NCBI GenBank assembly: GCA_045159875.1
Contig: CP067995.1
Span: 96,001-160,000, forward strand
DNA: 64,000 bases
Direction: 5' to 3'
Source of the DNA: a cyanobacterium endosymbiont of Rhopalodia gibba
GTDB lineage: Bacteria > Cyanobacteriota > Cyanobacteriia > Cyanobacteriales > Microcystaceae
The position numbers and the translations under genes were made by a program. Below, piece by piece: positions 46,610 through 58,539 of this stretch. The notes under the pieces are model-generated. The model worked only from the letters and a program-made list of their open reading frames with translations. It did no database searches and was not told the DNA's origin. The first letter of the stretch is position 1. Every line of letters starts with the position of its first letter.

Positions 46610-47272
46610 TTATTGGTTTAATTCCAATAATCCAACTGGAGGATTAATTTCTATGCGTTGATTTTTCAAGTCAACTACAGGAACAATTTCGTACACGAAG
46701 GGGATTAAAACAGTATCTATTTTAGGTTTTTTTTGTTTATTTTTTTGTTTATTTTTTTGTCTTGGACAACGTATTATTTGGGGAGTAGACTCACAGATTT
46801 CTAGTTCTTTTTGAACATTTTTTTTATACAGTTTAACTTCTAATAAATCATGACCTGCGCATAAAATACCAGTAACATTTCCAATTAATTCCCCTGTTTT
46901 TTTATGATAAACTTCTATATCAATCAGATCTGATACATAATATTCTTCTTCTTCTATTTTTGGGCGATCACTGCCAGGAACTACTAATTTGTGATTCCTT
47001 AATGCCTCAGCTTGGGTACGATCTTTCACTTGGGCTAATTCAATAATATATAGGTTTTTTCCAGGTACATACCTACCTCTCACTAACTCAACTTCTTGAG
47101 GATACAACCCTTGAGGAGACTGTAACCATCTTGTTCCTGGTTTTTCAAATCTTTCTGAAAAATCTGAATTGGAAATGACTCTTAATTCTCCTTGTAATCC
47201 TTGCGGCGCAACAATTGTTCCAATTTCTATCCAATTATCTAGACTTTCTGATATTAAATTCTTTTCAGTCAT
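46610..47272 (-). CDS. rimM: Ribosome maturation factor RimM
   Basis: IGTIVAPQGLQGELRV, EYYVSDLI and LIPFV.EIVP.VDL. Confidence 0.93.
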   Translation of the reverse strand: MTEKNLISESLDNWIEIGTIVAPQGLQGELRVISNSDFSERFEKPGTRWLQSPQGLYPQEVELVRGRYVPGKNLYIIELAQVKDRTQAEALRNHKLVVPGSDRPKIEEEEYYVSDLIDIEVYHKKTGELIGNVTGILCAGHDLLEVKLYKKNVQKELEICESTPQIIRCPRQKNKQKNKQKKPKIDTVLIPFVYEIVPVVDLKNQRIEINPPVGLLELNQ

Positions 47273-47397
47273 TTTTTTAGATTACTATAATATCTATATT
47301 TTTATTATGTTTATTATAAGCCTTTATGCTATGGTTTTCTCTGAAAATTTATTTTTTTGATAAAAAATATTAAATAGTTTTACTTTAAATCAATCCA

Positions 47398-47600
47398 ATG
47401 ACTTTAAAAACGTGACAGGCATATTTTTATAAAACCTCTTTTCAAAACCAAGAACATCAGTTTTAATGGCAACTCTTAATTTGTAACGCTCAAGAAAAAA
47501 TAATTTATCAAGCTATTTGTGAACAAAAAAAATATGATTTAAGTTGGTTATTAAGACATGAAGAGATTTAAAAGACTATTTGTTGAAAAAAATTGTGGAC
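47398..47600 (+). pseudogene. Tab2/Atab2 (DUF1092) family pseudogene, N-terminal part recognisable
   Basis: MTLKT*QAYFYKTSFQNQEHQF*WQLLICNAQEKIIYQAICEQ resembles IWQADFY.RP.......WELLIC....FxYxAxCPQ. Confidence 0.72.
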
Positions 47601-47887
47601 TAGTTTGAATATTTTGTAGGGTAGACAAAAGTTTAATGATAAGTGATATACAATTACTCAAGATGTCCATTATATTTTTATATTCTACTACTCGATACGG
47701 GTACAGTATTTTGTTTCTTTGCTCAAAGAAAACTTTAGAAAGGGTCGCTTATCTTAGTATATTTACTAAAATTAGTTTTTATGTGGGTTAACGAATAAAC
47801 AGTTAAATCGTGTCACCAGTAACGTGATATTGGGAAAACAAGAAACTAATTAAGTTATATGCTAATTTCACAGTAATTTTACACATA

Positions 47888-48811
47888 ATGGCTACAAATA
47901 TGAACTTAGATAAAGAAAAGCTTGAATCTACAGATTTATGGAACAAAGTCATCACTCAGACGAATCATGCTATTAAATGTAGTGCATTACAGTCCATTGT
48001 AACAAATTGTGAATTCATAGAAGACGCCAATATTAAATTTTTAGTTAAAATTTTAGATGATTTTCCACAAAAAGAAAATCTCCAGAAAAAAGAAACTCAG
48101 CAACATAAAAAGATAGAAAAGAAAGTAGATCCTTTTCTTCCCTATGAAAAAGATTTATTTGTCACCAATCTTTCAGATACTCATTTATGTTTATTAAATA
48201 AATATAATGTATTTGATTACCATTTACTAATTACTACTCGTGTTTTTGAAGAACAACAAAGTTGGCTAGACTTCAATGATTTTGCTGCTTTATCTCAGTG
48301 TTTATCGCAGATTGATGGACTGGGATTCTATAACAGTGGCACGCTTTCAGGAGCAAGTCAACAGCATAAACATTTACAATTAGTTCCTTTTCCGTTAAGT
48401 TCTGAAGTCGAAAAAATTCCAATTGAATCAACAATAAAAAAGATTAATTTTCAAGGTGATATTGAATTTTTGTCTAGTTTTAACTTTAGCCATGCTTTAA
48501 CTAAAATTAACCTTCCTCCTGAAAACAAATATTTTCAAAACGCTCTGATTATGTTGGAAAATTATCATAAATTATTAATGGCTATTAATCTACCTTTACA
48601 CAAAGAGAAACCAACAGTAGACTATAATCTTTTAATTACACGAGAATGGATGATGATTATTGAGCGCTCACAAGCAAGCTATGAATCTATTCCAGTAAAT
48701 TCTTTAGGTTTTGCAGGAACATTCTTTATTAAAAATCAGAAACAAATGGAACATTTAAAAAAATTGACTCCTCTGATAATTTTACAGAATGTTGCTAAAA
48801 ATAAGGAATAA
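47888..48811 (+). CDS. ATP adenylyltransferase (Ap4A phosphorylase II family)
   Basis: DPFLPYEKDLFV, LLNKYNV..HLL, FYNSG..SGASQQHKHLQ and VNSLGFAG. Confidence 0.88.
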   Translation: MATNMNLDKEKLESTDLWNKVITQTNHAIKCSALQSIVTNCEFIEDANIKFLVKILDDFPQKENLQKKETQQHKKIEKKVDPFLPYEKDLFVTNLSDTHLCLLNKYNVFDYHLLITTRVFEEQQSWLDFNDFAALSQCLSQIDGLGFYNSGTLSGASQQHKHLQLVPFPLSSEVEKIPIESTIKKINFQGDIEFLSSFNFSHALTKINLPPENKYFQNALIMLENYHKLLMAINLPLHKEKPTVDYNLLITREWMMIIERSQASYESIPVNSLGFAGTFFIKNQKQMEHLKKLTPLIILQNVAKNKE

Positions 48812-49468
48812 ACAATAGATTTTAGAGCACAAATATTAGAGACGTTTATTATTGAGTTTTTGGGCGCATAGTTTTCAGTTGGTTAATAGTTTTTTAAAAA
48901 ACTATAGTTAGCCTGTATTTCGATTACTAAATTGATTGGTTTAGAGTTTTAATTAAGGATTAAATAAATGATGATGAGTATAGTAATTAAAAAAAAATAG
49001 TCTATAAATTACTTAGTTGTTAGATCACCTATTTCTATTTCTCTATAAAACAATTATTTTGTGTTATGCAATCAACTACTTATTTCCCTACAAACCACCT
49101 TTTAAATAACACAATATCAGCTTAATTAATAATTAAAAATTATGTTCTATCCCTTTTTTCTACTGTGTTAATTTTGATCAAAATATGTAACTAAAAATTG
49201 ACTACCTTTAGCTAAAGTTATTTTTCCCGTTATTTATTTCCTCAAAAGACTTCGAACTCAAAGTCTTTTTAACCTTTTTTGGGTATTAAAAACCTTGCAA
49301 AGCGAAACTTTCAATCTTTGTTAATTATGATTTTGTCATAGCTAGTCTAGAAGAACTATTTTTCTAAGTTCATTTTCCGGGGTAATATCAAAGGCTTGTG
49401 CTCGTTTGAGGTTAGATAATTCTCACATAGTGACTACGTTTAATTAAAATTTTGAAAAAATTTCATGA

Positions 49469-49801
49469 TTATGAAGCAAGTTTTAAAGCTTCAAAATAGA
49501 GACTATAAACAAAGCCAATTTTAAATATATTTAAAATTTCAAGCCATAGTTTTTTTTTCAACTGTTGTATCTGACTATAGGCAACACGACTAATAGTTTC
49601 TGTAAATAAAATTAGAAATCCAGCAATTGTAATATCCCAATAGGCTTCTTGTCCGGCAGTTGTAGACACAGCTTGACCAACAAAAAAACCGAATAAAAGG
49701 CCCATTAAACTTAAAGAAATGCGCCGCCAAGGATTAGTAAATAGTTGATTAAGACGGGTTTGAGTATTATCAAATAGAGTATTTAATCGAGTTTTTTGCA
49801 T
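49469..49801 (-). CDS. ycf20: DUF565 / Ycf20 family membrane protein
   Basis: MQKTRL...NPWRR.SL..LL.GFF.G...FKIG..Y.L..EA.KL.S. Confidence 0.85.
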   Translation of the reverse strand: MQKTRLNTLFDNTQTRLNQLFTNPWRRISLSLMGLLFGFFVGQAVSTTAGQEAYWDITIAGFLILFTETISRVAYSQIQQLKKKLWLEILNIFKIGFVYSLYFEALKLAS

Positions 49802-49944
49802 AGTGGATAATGTAAGTAGATACTCATAATTTATTGGACAAAAACTATGACATGGGCAATGATTGCCATTTTGGTGGATATTGCCAACACGGTAATTAAT
49901 TTTATTTAGATATCAAGAAAAATACACTCACTCTTCCCGAAGTA

Positions 49945-50532
49945 CTATTTGGTAATACGACTGAGTAACCACAAAGAGATTCCAATTCCGATAAAATGAG
50001 CGGTAACTGCCGTTGAATTAGCTTGAATACTAAAAATATCCGCCGCTACTACCAAACATCCTGCGCCTCCTCTTACTGCCCCAGTCTGTCTCACAGATTT
50101 TAATAAAACATTACCGACAACAGATTGAGTGCCAACTAACGACAATAGCATTCCGATCAGGTTAATAATCAACCCCCACCGAATCACTTGGACGGTATCG
50201 GTTCGTTTTGGACGACGGGTTGGATCAGCACTCTGCAAGAGATTAGCAATTTTGGTGTAACGAAAAGAAAAATAAACGCTAATTCCGAGGACGACCAGGC
50301 CACAAATAGCGAAAAATATACCAAATCCCGTGCCGGGGTTTTTTTCCCCTTCCCCTAATGAACCCGTTCCAAGAGCTAACAGAGAGATAATACCGAGGAC
50401 AATTTGCATCCAAAAGCTACGCCATCCCCACCATTTTAAAGTTAAAGCAGCTTCTAACATAGCCTCAGGTAAGGGACGGCTAATTGCTGGGTTTTCGCGG
50501 TTGTCGTTCATGGGACTGTTATCATTTTTCAA
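49945..50532 (-). CDS. DUF3611 family membrane protein
   Basis: GW.SFW.Q.VLG, GL.INL.GM and DIFSIQAN...AHF.G motifs. Confidence 0.8.
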   Translation of the reverse strand: MKNDNSPMNDNRENPAISRPLPEAMLEAALTLKWWGWRSFWMQIVLGIISLLALGTGSLGEGEKNPGTGFGIFFAICGLVVLGISVYFSFRYTKIANLLQSADPTRRPKRTDTVQVIRWGLIINLIGMLLSLVGTQSVVGNVLLKSVRQTGAVRGGAGCLVVAADIFSIQANSTAVTAHFIGIGISLWLLSRITK

Positions 50533-50575
50533 GGCACTGCTGACTCAAAAGGGAAAAGAGGACAGAGGAGAAATT

Positions 50576-51454
50576 TTATTTTTTAGGGGAGAAAAACAAT
50601 ACTGGAAACCAACTACGGCGAAGAACCTCGTTAGCTAAACTGGGGTTTGTCCATTCTAAGATGGTGTTGCGATAATCGGAAGCGATGGCGATCGCGCTAA
50701 TATCAAAGTTTAAGGCAGTATCGAGTATTTCTACTAAGGGGTTTCCTTGAGTAACTTTAGTTTTAACGGTTAAATTTAGTTCTTCCAATTCTGCTTTGAC
50801 GCTGTTTAGTTTCTCCTGGGCTTCTCTGTAGTGATATTTTGTAATTTCTTCCGTGCGTTCCCCATCATCAATCACCCATAGTAGTAAGCATTGTTCACAA
50901 GAGTTGTCAGGATAGTCTTTCAGGTGATGTTTAATTTCTCCAAGCAAATATTCCCCAGATTTTTCTCCATTGTAGGGAATCAGCAAGTAACGCCACATAT
51001 GCTGACAACGTAGGGCTAATTCTTCACAAGTATAAGTGGAGATTAACTGAGGACGCAAAATCATTAAAGGTGTTGAGGTTGATTTGACTAACTCTAGAGT
51101 GTGACTCCCAAAGATTTTTGCTTCTATGGCACTGCGAATGGGCATCCCTGTGAGAACAATATCGATGTCATAGGTGTCAATTAATCGTAAAATTACGTCT
51201 TTAGGTTGTCCCGAGAGAACTTCAACTTTAACTTCTATACCGTCGGGAACTTCTTCTAAGGAGGGTGCGAGGAGTTCTTTTGCCTTAGCAATTTTGTCTT
51301 CGTCAACTCTGGCAATTTTTTCCGATTGCCAAACCGAGATACTGTGTAAAAATACGATACGTTTGAGTCCGTTATTAGCTAGAGGGGAGATGAAGTTAAC
51401 TAGGCGATGTAAGCCGTCGGTGAAGTCAGTACAAATTAAACAGTTATGGAACAT
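50576..51454 (-). CDS. Universal stress protein (tandem USP domains)
   Basis: LICTDF, G.P...I, FGSHT, GNPL.EI and SLANEVLRRSWFPVL. Confidence 0.88.
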   Translation of the reverse strand: MFHNCLICTDFTDGLHRLVNFISPLANNGLKRIVFLHSISVWQSEKIARVDEDKIAKAKELLAPSLEEVPDGIEVKVEVLSGQPKDVILRLIDTYDIDIVLTGMPIRSAIEAKIFGSHTLELVKSTSTPLMILRPQLISTYTCEELALRCQHMWRYLLIPYNGEKSGEYLLGEIKHHLKDYPDNSCEQCLLLWVIDDGERTEEITKYHYREAQEKLNSVKAELEELNLTVKTKVTQGNPLVEILDTALNFDISAIAIASDYRNTILEWTNPSLANEVLRRSWFPVLFFSPKK

Positions 51455-51774
51455 AAGGAAAGGTCTTCATTTTGAAGCAAACCACTCGAGACTACTATAA
51501 CAAGGATAAATAGTTATACTGCTGTTATGAACATTAAGGTTTTAAGAAAACAAACACACGAACAGTAATCCAGAATCTAGATATTTTTTCCAAGAGGAAA
51601 CGTACATAGAAAATAATGTTATTGTTTAAAAAAATCTCTAAAGAGAACTTTGAAAAAATTTTACTACAAAAATTTATCATTTTTTTTTGTTATCATCCTT
51701 ATGATAATTAATTGAATCTTACAATTAAATTAATTGTTGACTTGATTATTTATACTATACTTAATATTTTTTTA

Positions 51775-52022
51775 ATCTAATTTAAAAATAACTAAAACAT
51801 TATAAATACTTAAAAAAGATTCTGCACTACCATGTAATTAACTAATTTTAGCAAAGAGTTCACCATATTTGGTGGTAGCATAAATTCCAGATGTAATGGT
51901 CACAGCCACAAATATTAGAAATACATAAAAGCTAACTTCTGCAGTTTTTGAGCACGAGTAAAAACCCACAAAAATCCTAAATAGGAGAATAACGAAATTA
52001 TAAATAAACTATTAATGATCAT
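51775..52022 (-). pseudogene. DUF3593 family pseudogene
   Basis: LFIISLFSYLGFLW ... FYVFLIFVAVTITSGIYA..YGELFAKIS*LHGSAESFL. Confidence 0.8.
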
Positions 52023-52051
52023 CAATTAATAACATCTTGACAAGAACAACG

Positions 52052-52331
52052 TTAAATCCACCAAACAGCACTAGAAAAAGTACAATTACCAACAACTGTT
52101 ATAACTGCTTGTAAAGTGACTAATCAGTTTGAAAATGGGATATTTTCAAAAAAATGCCAAGCACAAGCACACATGGCAATTAATAAAGTAGGTAACATTC
52201 CTAAAGATAGCCATCTACAATAATGATCTTTAGTCACTTCTCTATAAGTTCAAATCAAACAGATTCCTGATATCCACTCAATGACGCTATGCATTATAGA
52301 TTATTCAGGTGGGCATTGAAAGTGTCTTCAT
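52052..52331 (-). pseudogene. ycf49: Ycf49/DUF2499 pseudogene
   Basis: MKTLSMPT*II...SVIEWI...WLSLGMLPTLLIAMCACAWHFFEN...*LVTLQAVITVVGNCT with stops and a frameshift. Confidence 0.85.
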
Positions 52332-52356
52332 AAATTTTATAATTGATGATTGACAA

Positions 52357-53316
52357 TTATTTCTTCTCTAGCCAATTAATGACTTTTTTTCCTAAATTAG
52401 TCTCATCGAGACGATCAATCTCTCTAATACCAGTGGGACTGGTAACGTTTACTTCTGTTAAATAACCGCCAATAACATCAATTCCGACAAAATATAAGCC
52501 ATTTTTTCGTAATTTTGGACATAAAGCCTCACAGATTTCTAATTCTCTGGAGGTAACTTCTGTTTTTTCACTTTTTCCACCAACAGCCATATTTCCCCGA
52601 AATTCTTTACCTGTCGGGATTCGATTAACTGCCCCAATAGGTTGACCATCAAGGAGAATAATTCGTTTATCCCCATCCTTTGCTTCAGGAATGAAACGCT
52701 GTACCATCACAGCTTCTTGCCCATAAAAAGTACTGACTTCAATTAGAGAATTAAAATTGCGATCACTAGAATCTAACAGTAAAATTCCTTCCCCTGCTTT
52801 CCCTCCTAAAGGTTTGAGAATTGCTAATTTTTTCTCTTCTACAAACTTACGAATAATTGTCTTATCCAAACTGACAATGGTTTCTGGCATTTTTGAATAA
52901 AATTGCAGAGTGTACATTTTTTCATTAGCTTCGCGTAATCCTTGAGGAGAATTAATCACTAAAGTTTTTTCAGAATTAATTAACTCTAAAATGTAGGTAG
53001 CATAGAGATAGCGAACGGTAACCGGGGGGTCTTTCCTCATGAAAACTACATCCATGTCTTCTAGACACTTTAAAACTGTCTCCAAGATTTGATACCAATT
53101 GGGAACCGCTACCCATTTTTGACCTTGTAATTCAACGGGAGTTAACTGAACTTGAGATAAGATTGCCCAGGCCTTTCCTTCAATAACACTAAGTTGATGC
53201 ACTTGTGTTACCCAGACTTCATGACCGGCTGTTTGGGCTGCTTCCATGATAGCTACTGTGCTATCGTGACCGGGATCTAATTGAGGTAGAGAATCAATAA
53301 TAAAAGCAAATTTCAT
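52357..53316 (-). CDS. gshB: Glutathione synthetase
   Basis: MKFAFIID...HDST, FMRKDPP, NEK, KPLGGKAG, RGNMAVGG and EVNVTSPTG. Confidence 0.96.
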   Translation of the reverse strand: MKFAFIIDSLPQLDPGHDSTVAIMEAAQTAGHEVWVTQVHQLSVIEGKAWAILSQVQLTPVELQGQKWVAVPNWYQILETVLKCLEDMDVVFMRKDPPVTVRYLYATYILELINSEKTLVINSPQGLREANEKMYTLQFYSKMPETIVSLDKTIIRKFVEEKKLAILKPLGGKAGEGILLLDSSDRNFNSLIEVSTFYGQEAVMVQRFIPEAKDGDKRIILLDGQPIGAVNRIPTGKEFRGNMAVGGKSEKTEVTSRELEICEALCPKLRKNGLYFVGIDVIGGYLTEVNVTSPTGIREIDRLDETNLGKKVINWLEKK

Positions 53317-53475
53317 TTGTACAGACAATAGGGAATAGGGAGCGCTAAAAATGTCGGAATTTATTAGTGTAGTGCTTTCAACAATTTATAATAAACAACA
53401 AAACAATTACCTCTCTTTAAAAGACAGAGGATTAGAAGATAGTCAGTTTTTTCCCTCAAAAGAAAAGTTTTAGAC

Positions 53476-54369
53476 CTAAATTAATCTATTGTCTATCGGT
53501 AAATATTTTTGGATTAATACCGCTAACTTTTCTTGAGTTTTCGGTGGAATCTTATCCCAAGGAGTCAACCCCGCATGTTCCAGAGCATTATGAGCTTTGG
53601 ATACTGGAGGATTTTTACTCAACCTTCTTACTGTCTCTACAATAACCTTTTGGGCATTGACAGCATTGTGGTTTAAATTGTCAATGACCATCTTAACGGT
53701 GACATGATCATGATCCGAATGCCAGCAATCATAATCCGTAACTAATGCTAGAGTGGCATAGGCAATTTCTGCTTCTCTAGTGAGTTTTGCTTCAGTTAAA
53801 TTAGTCATTCCAATGATAGACGCGCCCCAACTGCGATAGAGGTTGGACTCAGCAATGGTAGAAAAAGCTGGCCCTTCTATGCAAACATAGGTTCCCCCTC
53901 TGTGTAAGGTAGTGTCAGGTAAGTTAAGACTTTCCACCGCATCCCCTAACACAGCGGCTAATCGGTTACAAAAGGGATGGCCAAAACCGATATGAGTGAC
54001 CATTCCTTCCCCGAAAAAGGTAGAAATTCGGTTACGGGTGCAATCAATGAATTGATCAGGAATAATCAAATCACGGGGTTTAATTTCAGCTTTGAGTGAT
54101 CCTACAGCAGAAGCCGAGATAAGATATTCTACTCCTAATTGCTTCATGCCGTGGATATTTGCGCGAAAAGGCAATTCTGAGGGAATTAAATGATGATTTC
54201 GTCCATGACGGGCGAGAAAGGCTACAGGAGTTCCTTTAATAGTTCCTAAAATGTAAGCGTCGGAAGGGGAACCAAAGGGGGTATCAAGGTAGACTTCTTG
54301 GACATCTCGGAGAGCATCTATTTGGTATAAACCACTACCACCTAGGATACCTATTTTTGCTTTAATCAT
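53476..54369 (-). CDS. mtnP: S-methyl-5'-thioadenosine phosphorylase
   Basis: [35 protein letters not shown] and VTDYDCW. Confidence 0.93.
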   Translation of the reverse strand: MIKAKIGILGGSGLYQIDALRDVQEVYLDTPFGSPSDAYILGTIKGTPVAFLARHGRNHHLIPSELPFRANIHGMKQLGVEYLISASAVGSLKAEIKPRDLIIPDQFIDCTRNRISTFFGEGMVTHIGFGHPFCNRLAAVLGDAVESLNLPDTTLHRGGTYVCIEGPAFSTIAESNLYRSWGASIIGMTNLTEAKLTREAEIAYATLALVTDYDCWHSDHDHVTVKMVIDNLNHNAVNAQKVIVETVRRLSKNPPVSKAHNALEHAGLTPWDKIPPKTQEKLAVLIQKYLPIDNRLI

Positions 54370-54487
54370 GATTTGCTTTAGAATTGATATGAGGACATCA
54401 TATCGTCTTTATAAGAAAAATATGGGGTAAGCAAAGTCCGAATTTTTAAAAGTCGGGGTAGTTTTTCTTTTCAAACAACATCTAATT

Positions 54488-56080
54488 TCAATTTGTTAGT
54501 GTCACTTGTGACTTCTGCTGAATTGCAGCATAAAGATGATTCAAGGCACTAATATAAGCTCGTGCCGAAGCAGTGATAATATCAGTATTGGCTGCATATC
54601 CTAAATAGATGCGATCTTCATGGCTTAAACGAATTGTAACCTCCCCTATGGCATCAATTCCAGCAGTAACGGATTTCACCGAAAACTCTATTAACTCATT
54701 GGGAACATTAACCACACGGTTAATAGCTTTGTAAATCGCATCTATAGGACCGGTCCCAATGGCTGCATCGGTTAATTCCTGACCATTCGGAGTCCTTATG
54801 GTAACAGTAGCTGTGGGGACTGCATGATCTCCACAGGATACCTGGACTAATTCTAAACGAAACAATTCGGGGGCTTGTCGAATTTCGTCGTTAATAATGG
54901 CTGCTAAGTCCCAGTCAGTAATTTTCTTCTTTTTATCGGCCACTTCTTTAAACCGTAAGAAAGCCTTATTAATCTCCGCCTCCGATAATTCAAACCCTAA
55001 TTCCTTCAAACAACTACGGAAAGCATTACGTCCTGATAACTTGCCTAAGACAATTTGATTGTGGGTTAACCCGATGGATTCTGCATCCATAATCTCATAG
55101 GTTAACTTGTGTTTGAGTACCCCATCTTGATGGATTCCCGACTCATGGGCAAAAGCATTAGTTCCCACAATTGCCTTATTAGGTTGTACTATCATTCCAG
55201 TTAGTCGGGAGACGAGACGAGATGTGCGGTAAATTTCTTTCGTGTGAATCTGGGTCAGAGGTTCAGTCGAGTCAGGGGAACGACCGAAGAAGGGATTAAA
55301 ATATTGACGGCGCACGTGCAAAGCCATCACTAATTCTTCTAATGCAGCATTACCAGCTCGTTCTCCAATCCCATTAATGGTACATTCAAGCTGTCTAGCT
55401 CCATTCTTAACTGCTTCGAGAAAATTAGCTACTGCTAACCCTAGATCATTGTGTCCGTGAACAGAGATAACAGCCTGCTCAATATTAGGGACGTTTTCTC
55501 TAATACCGCCAATTAATGCACCAAATTCACTCGGAGTTGTATAACCGACTGTATCAGGGATATTAAGGGTAGTTGCACCGGCTGAGATCGCTTCTTTGAG
55601 GACTTGATACAAAAATTCAGGGTCACTTCGGACTGCATCTTCGGGAGAAAATTCCACATCATCCACAAAGGTTTTAGCGTAAGCTACCATTTCAGGAACA
55701 ATAGCTAAAACTTCCTGGCGGGTTTTTTTAAGTTTATATTCGAGGTGAATATCTGAGGTAGCTAGAAAAGTATGTATACGAGCTTTTACAGCCGGTTTAA
55801 GAGCTTCCCCAGCTGCTTGAATATCCTTCTTGGTTGCTCTGGCTAATCCACAGATAGTAGGTCCAGTTTTGGTTCCCACAGTTTGGGCAATTTTTTTAAC
55901 TGCTTCAAAGTCCCCCGGACTAGCATAGGGAAATCCGGCTTCAATGATGTCAACTCCAAGTCGTGCGAGTGCTCGAGCGATGGTTAGTTTTTCTTCAACC
56001 GTTAAACTTGCGCCGGGGGATTGTTCTCCATCTCGTAGAGTTGTGTCGAAAATAATAATCCGGTCAGAGTGATTACTCAT
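54488..56080 (-). CDS. leuA: 2-isopropylmalate synthase
   Basis: [35 protein letters not shown] and C-terminal regulatory domain. Confidence 0.97.
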   Translation of the reverse strand: MSNHSDRIIIFDTTLRDGEQSPGASLTVEEKLTIARALARLGVDIIEAGFPYASPGDFEAVKKIAQTVGTKTGPTICGLARATKKDIQAAGEALKPAVKARIHTFLATSDIHLEYKLKKTRQEVLAIVPEMVAYAKTFVDDVEFSPEDAVRSDPEFLYQVLKEAISAGATTLNIPDTVGYTTPSEFGALIGGIRENVPNIEQAVISVHGHNDLGLAVANFLEAVKNGARQLECTINGIGERAGNAALEELVMALHVRRQYFNPFFGRSPDSTEPLTQIHTKEIYRTSRLVSRLTGMIVQPNKAIVGTNAFAHESGIHQDGVLKHKLTYEIMDAESIGLTHNQIVLGKLSGRNAFRSCLKELGFELSEAEINKAFLRFKEVADKKKKITDWDLAAIINDEIRQAPELFRLELVQVSCGDHAVPTATVTIRTPNGQELTDAAIGTGPIDAIYKAINRVVNVPNELIEFSVKSVTAGIDAIGEVTIRLSHEDRIYLGYAANTDIITASARAYISALNHLYAAIQQKSQVTLTN

Positions 56081-57972
56081 AGCCCAACTCGCACTAACTT
56101 ACTTATCAAGGATATTGTCTATTTCAGTGTCTTCTGAGATTATAGCAATTTTATCTGTATTCTAAGCTATAGATTTTCTTAGGTCTAAGACTCCCGATAT
56201 TTCAGTCGTTTTTTTAATCTTTAAATCGATCAAAACTAAACTATATACGATTTCCATACTATTTCTATCTACTTCTGTGAAAATGATGTGAATATCAAAA
56301 CGGCTTTGACAAATATCAACTGTGAGCTTGATGGTGGCTGCTGATATCAGTCTACCCTATTCCTCCATAACCCTAGCTCAAGACTTCTATCGTTCCCAAT
56401 TCTATTGTCAAGGTTATGCTAAAGACTATGCTAATCGCCATTCTAGTTTTTGTGGCAGAGGTGCTAGAGGGGCGATTCATTGTAGCTGATTTTGAGATTA
56501 TTATATCTGTTATAAACATGCTTTTTATACTTGTATCAAAGGAAAATCTCTAATAATAATTTTTTAAATAAAATTTAAAAAATTAGTTAATTAATTTAAA
56601 ATAAATTAGGCTTTTATTAAAAATTTTATTGACTATCTATAGCTATGATTGACTTTGAAGCCAGTTCTGTTCAGGATTCAGGACTGCCAGAAGAAACTAT
56701 GGTAAATCTCAGTAAAATTAGTTTATGTTTTCTTCTGAAAGTACGAGAATAAGACATAAATTTGAAATGATTTTTTTTTGAAAGTTTAATGAGTGCTAAA
56801 AAAAATTAACTGATTATAATAGATAGGATTAAGTCAAGAAAACCAACTAAAGAATAATTGATTACTGTATTGATAATAAATACTAGAGTGATTTTAAATT
56901 AACACTCTAGAGAAGTATCATCAAGGCAAATTTATAAATCTATTTTCTAATGAAGTAGAGATGATGTCTTTTCCTTTTTCGAGTGATTTATTTCATCTCC
57001 GTTAAGATGTTCTTGTAGTTTTTTACACAACATCTGTTATCTTCTTCTGAAGTCTACTTTTACTTAGCATTTTTTCCTTCCTGTATTATTTATTTCCTCC
57101 TTTATGGCGTGTATATTTACCTCTTTTTACTTTTTAAACTATTGTATTTAGGTTAAAGTTGAGCTAATGATTATGAATAATACAAATATTAATTTTTAGT
57201 TTTTATTTATAACAAAATAATAGAAAATTAATTGCTATAATAGCACAAGTAGACAAAAAATATTTCTTAAAGCCTATTTTTATAACAAAAATAATAATCG
57301 AGATAATCATACATATTTTAGTTTTTTTAAAACTATACAAAAATGTTGTAAACAAAATACCGCCACAAACTGAAGTAGTTTTAGATAAATTTTATGCGAT
57401 TAAAGAAGTAACTAATTAATTAAATAATTAAAAAAAATTTAAAATTAAAAGTTAAAGATATCAAAAGTACTAGTTAAAAAATATTCTGGTGTGCCTAAGC
57501 TAAGCAAGAGCAGATATATTTTGCATAAAAATGAAAGAGATTTAAGTAAAAAATAAAAAGTTAAATAAAACAGAGTATATAGAACGTTGCCAGTTCCCTT
57601 AAAAAATCTACTGATTTAAAGAGGGATATAAAACGATTTTTTAAAAAACTCCAGACTAGATATAATGACTATTGTAACTAGCTGATTAGAACCAAAAACT
57701 AATTTGCTAGAGCTGTATAACAACTGGGTAGCGTGCAATAAAATAAATTCTTACCTATTGTAGCCAAGGAATAGTAGAAAATGAAAATATTAATAACAAA
57801 TTGAAGTTAATTAGAAAGAGATATTATAGATTCATAAATCTCGTCTCTAATTTTTTAAAAATTAGCGGTTTACTAGCTAGTTTTACATTTTTTTTAAATA
57901 AAACTAAAAAACAAAGTATAAAAGGGATAAACTTTAATTTTAGCAATATGGAATATTACCAGGTTCCAATAA

Positions 57973-58383
57973 TTAAGACTCCTTTTTATTAAGTTTAATT
58001 CGTTCTTGAGTTAGGACAAACTGACGTAATTTCAGTAAATCAAAAGTCTGTCCTAATTTAAGAGGTAAAAGAGAAATTCCTTCTAATCTAGATTGCACCC
58101 AACCATCGCCCCAAACCCATTCATGATAACCATCAATTCCTTGACTTAGTAGTAATCGCAAGCTATTTTTATTAGCGATTTCTACTTGATGGTGGATGGA
58201 AACGAATCCCAGCCAACTAGTAAAGACTATCCCTGCTTCTAAGGTATCAGGAAGTTCAGAAGATAGGGTTTGAGGAATGAGCCATTTACGGAGATTTTTC
58301 GTTTTTAGTAAACTATTCCCAATAGTACTTTCATTAACATCAACAGCGATGCGTAAATGACTTTCTTGAAAATTTCCCAGCAT
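57973..58383 (-). CDS. Conserved cyanobacterial hypothetical protein
   Basis: MLG.FQ.S.LRI...LSQGIDGYHEW.WGDGWVQSRLEG.SLLPL.LGQT; intact 136-aa ORF. Confidence 0.75.
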   Translation of the reverse strand: MLGNFQESHLRIAVDVNESTIGNSLLKTKNLRKWLIPQTLSSELPDTLEAGIVFTSWLGFVSIHHQVEIANKNSLRLLLSQGIDGYHEWVWGDGWVQSRLEGISLLPLKLGQTFDLLKLRQFVLTQERIKLNKKES

Positions 58384-58539
58384 ATGAATTAAGTTAATAG
58401 TTGGACAAAGATGAAGCTACCCGCGAGTTAGGAGAATAATCAACCAATAATTCTTTAGTAGAATTTGACCCCCTTAAACGCTTCTAGTTTAGCATTAGCT
58501 GTTTCCTGATAATTTTAGTGGATAGGAAAACCTTGACCA

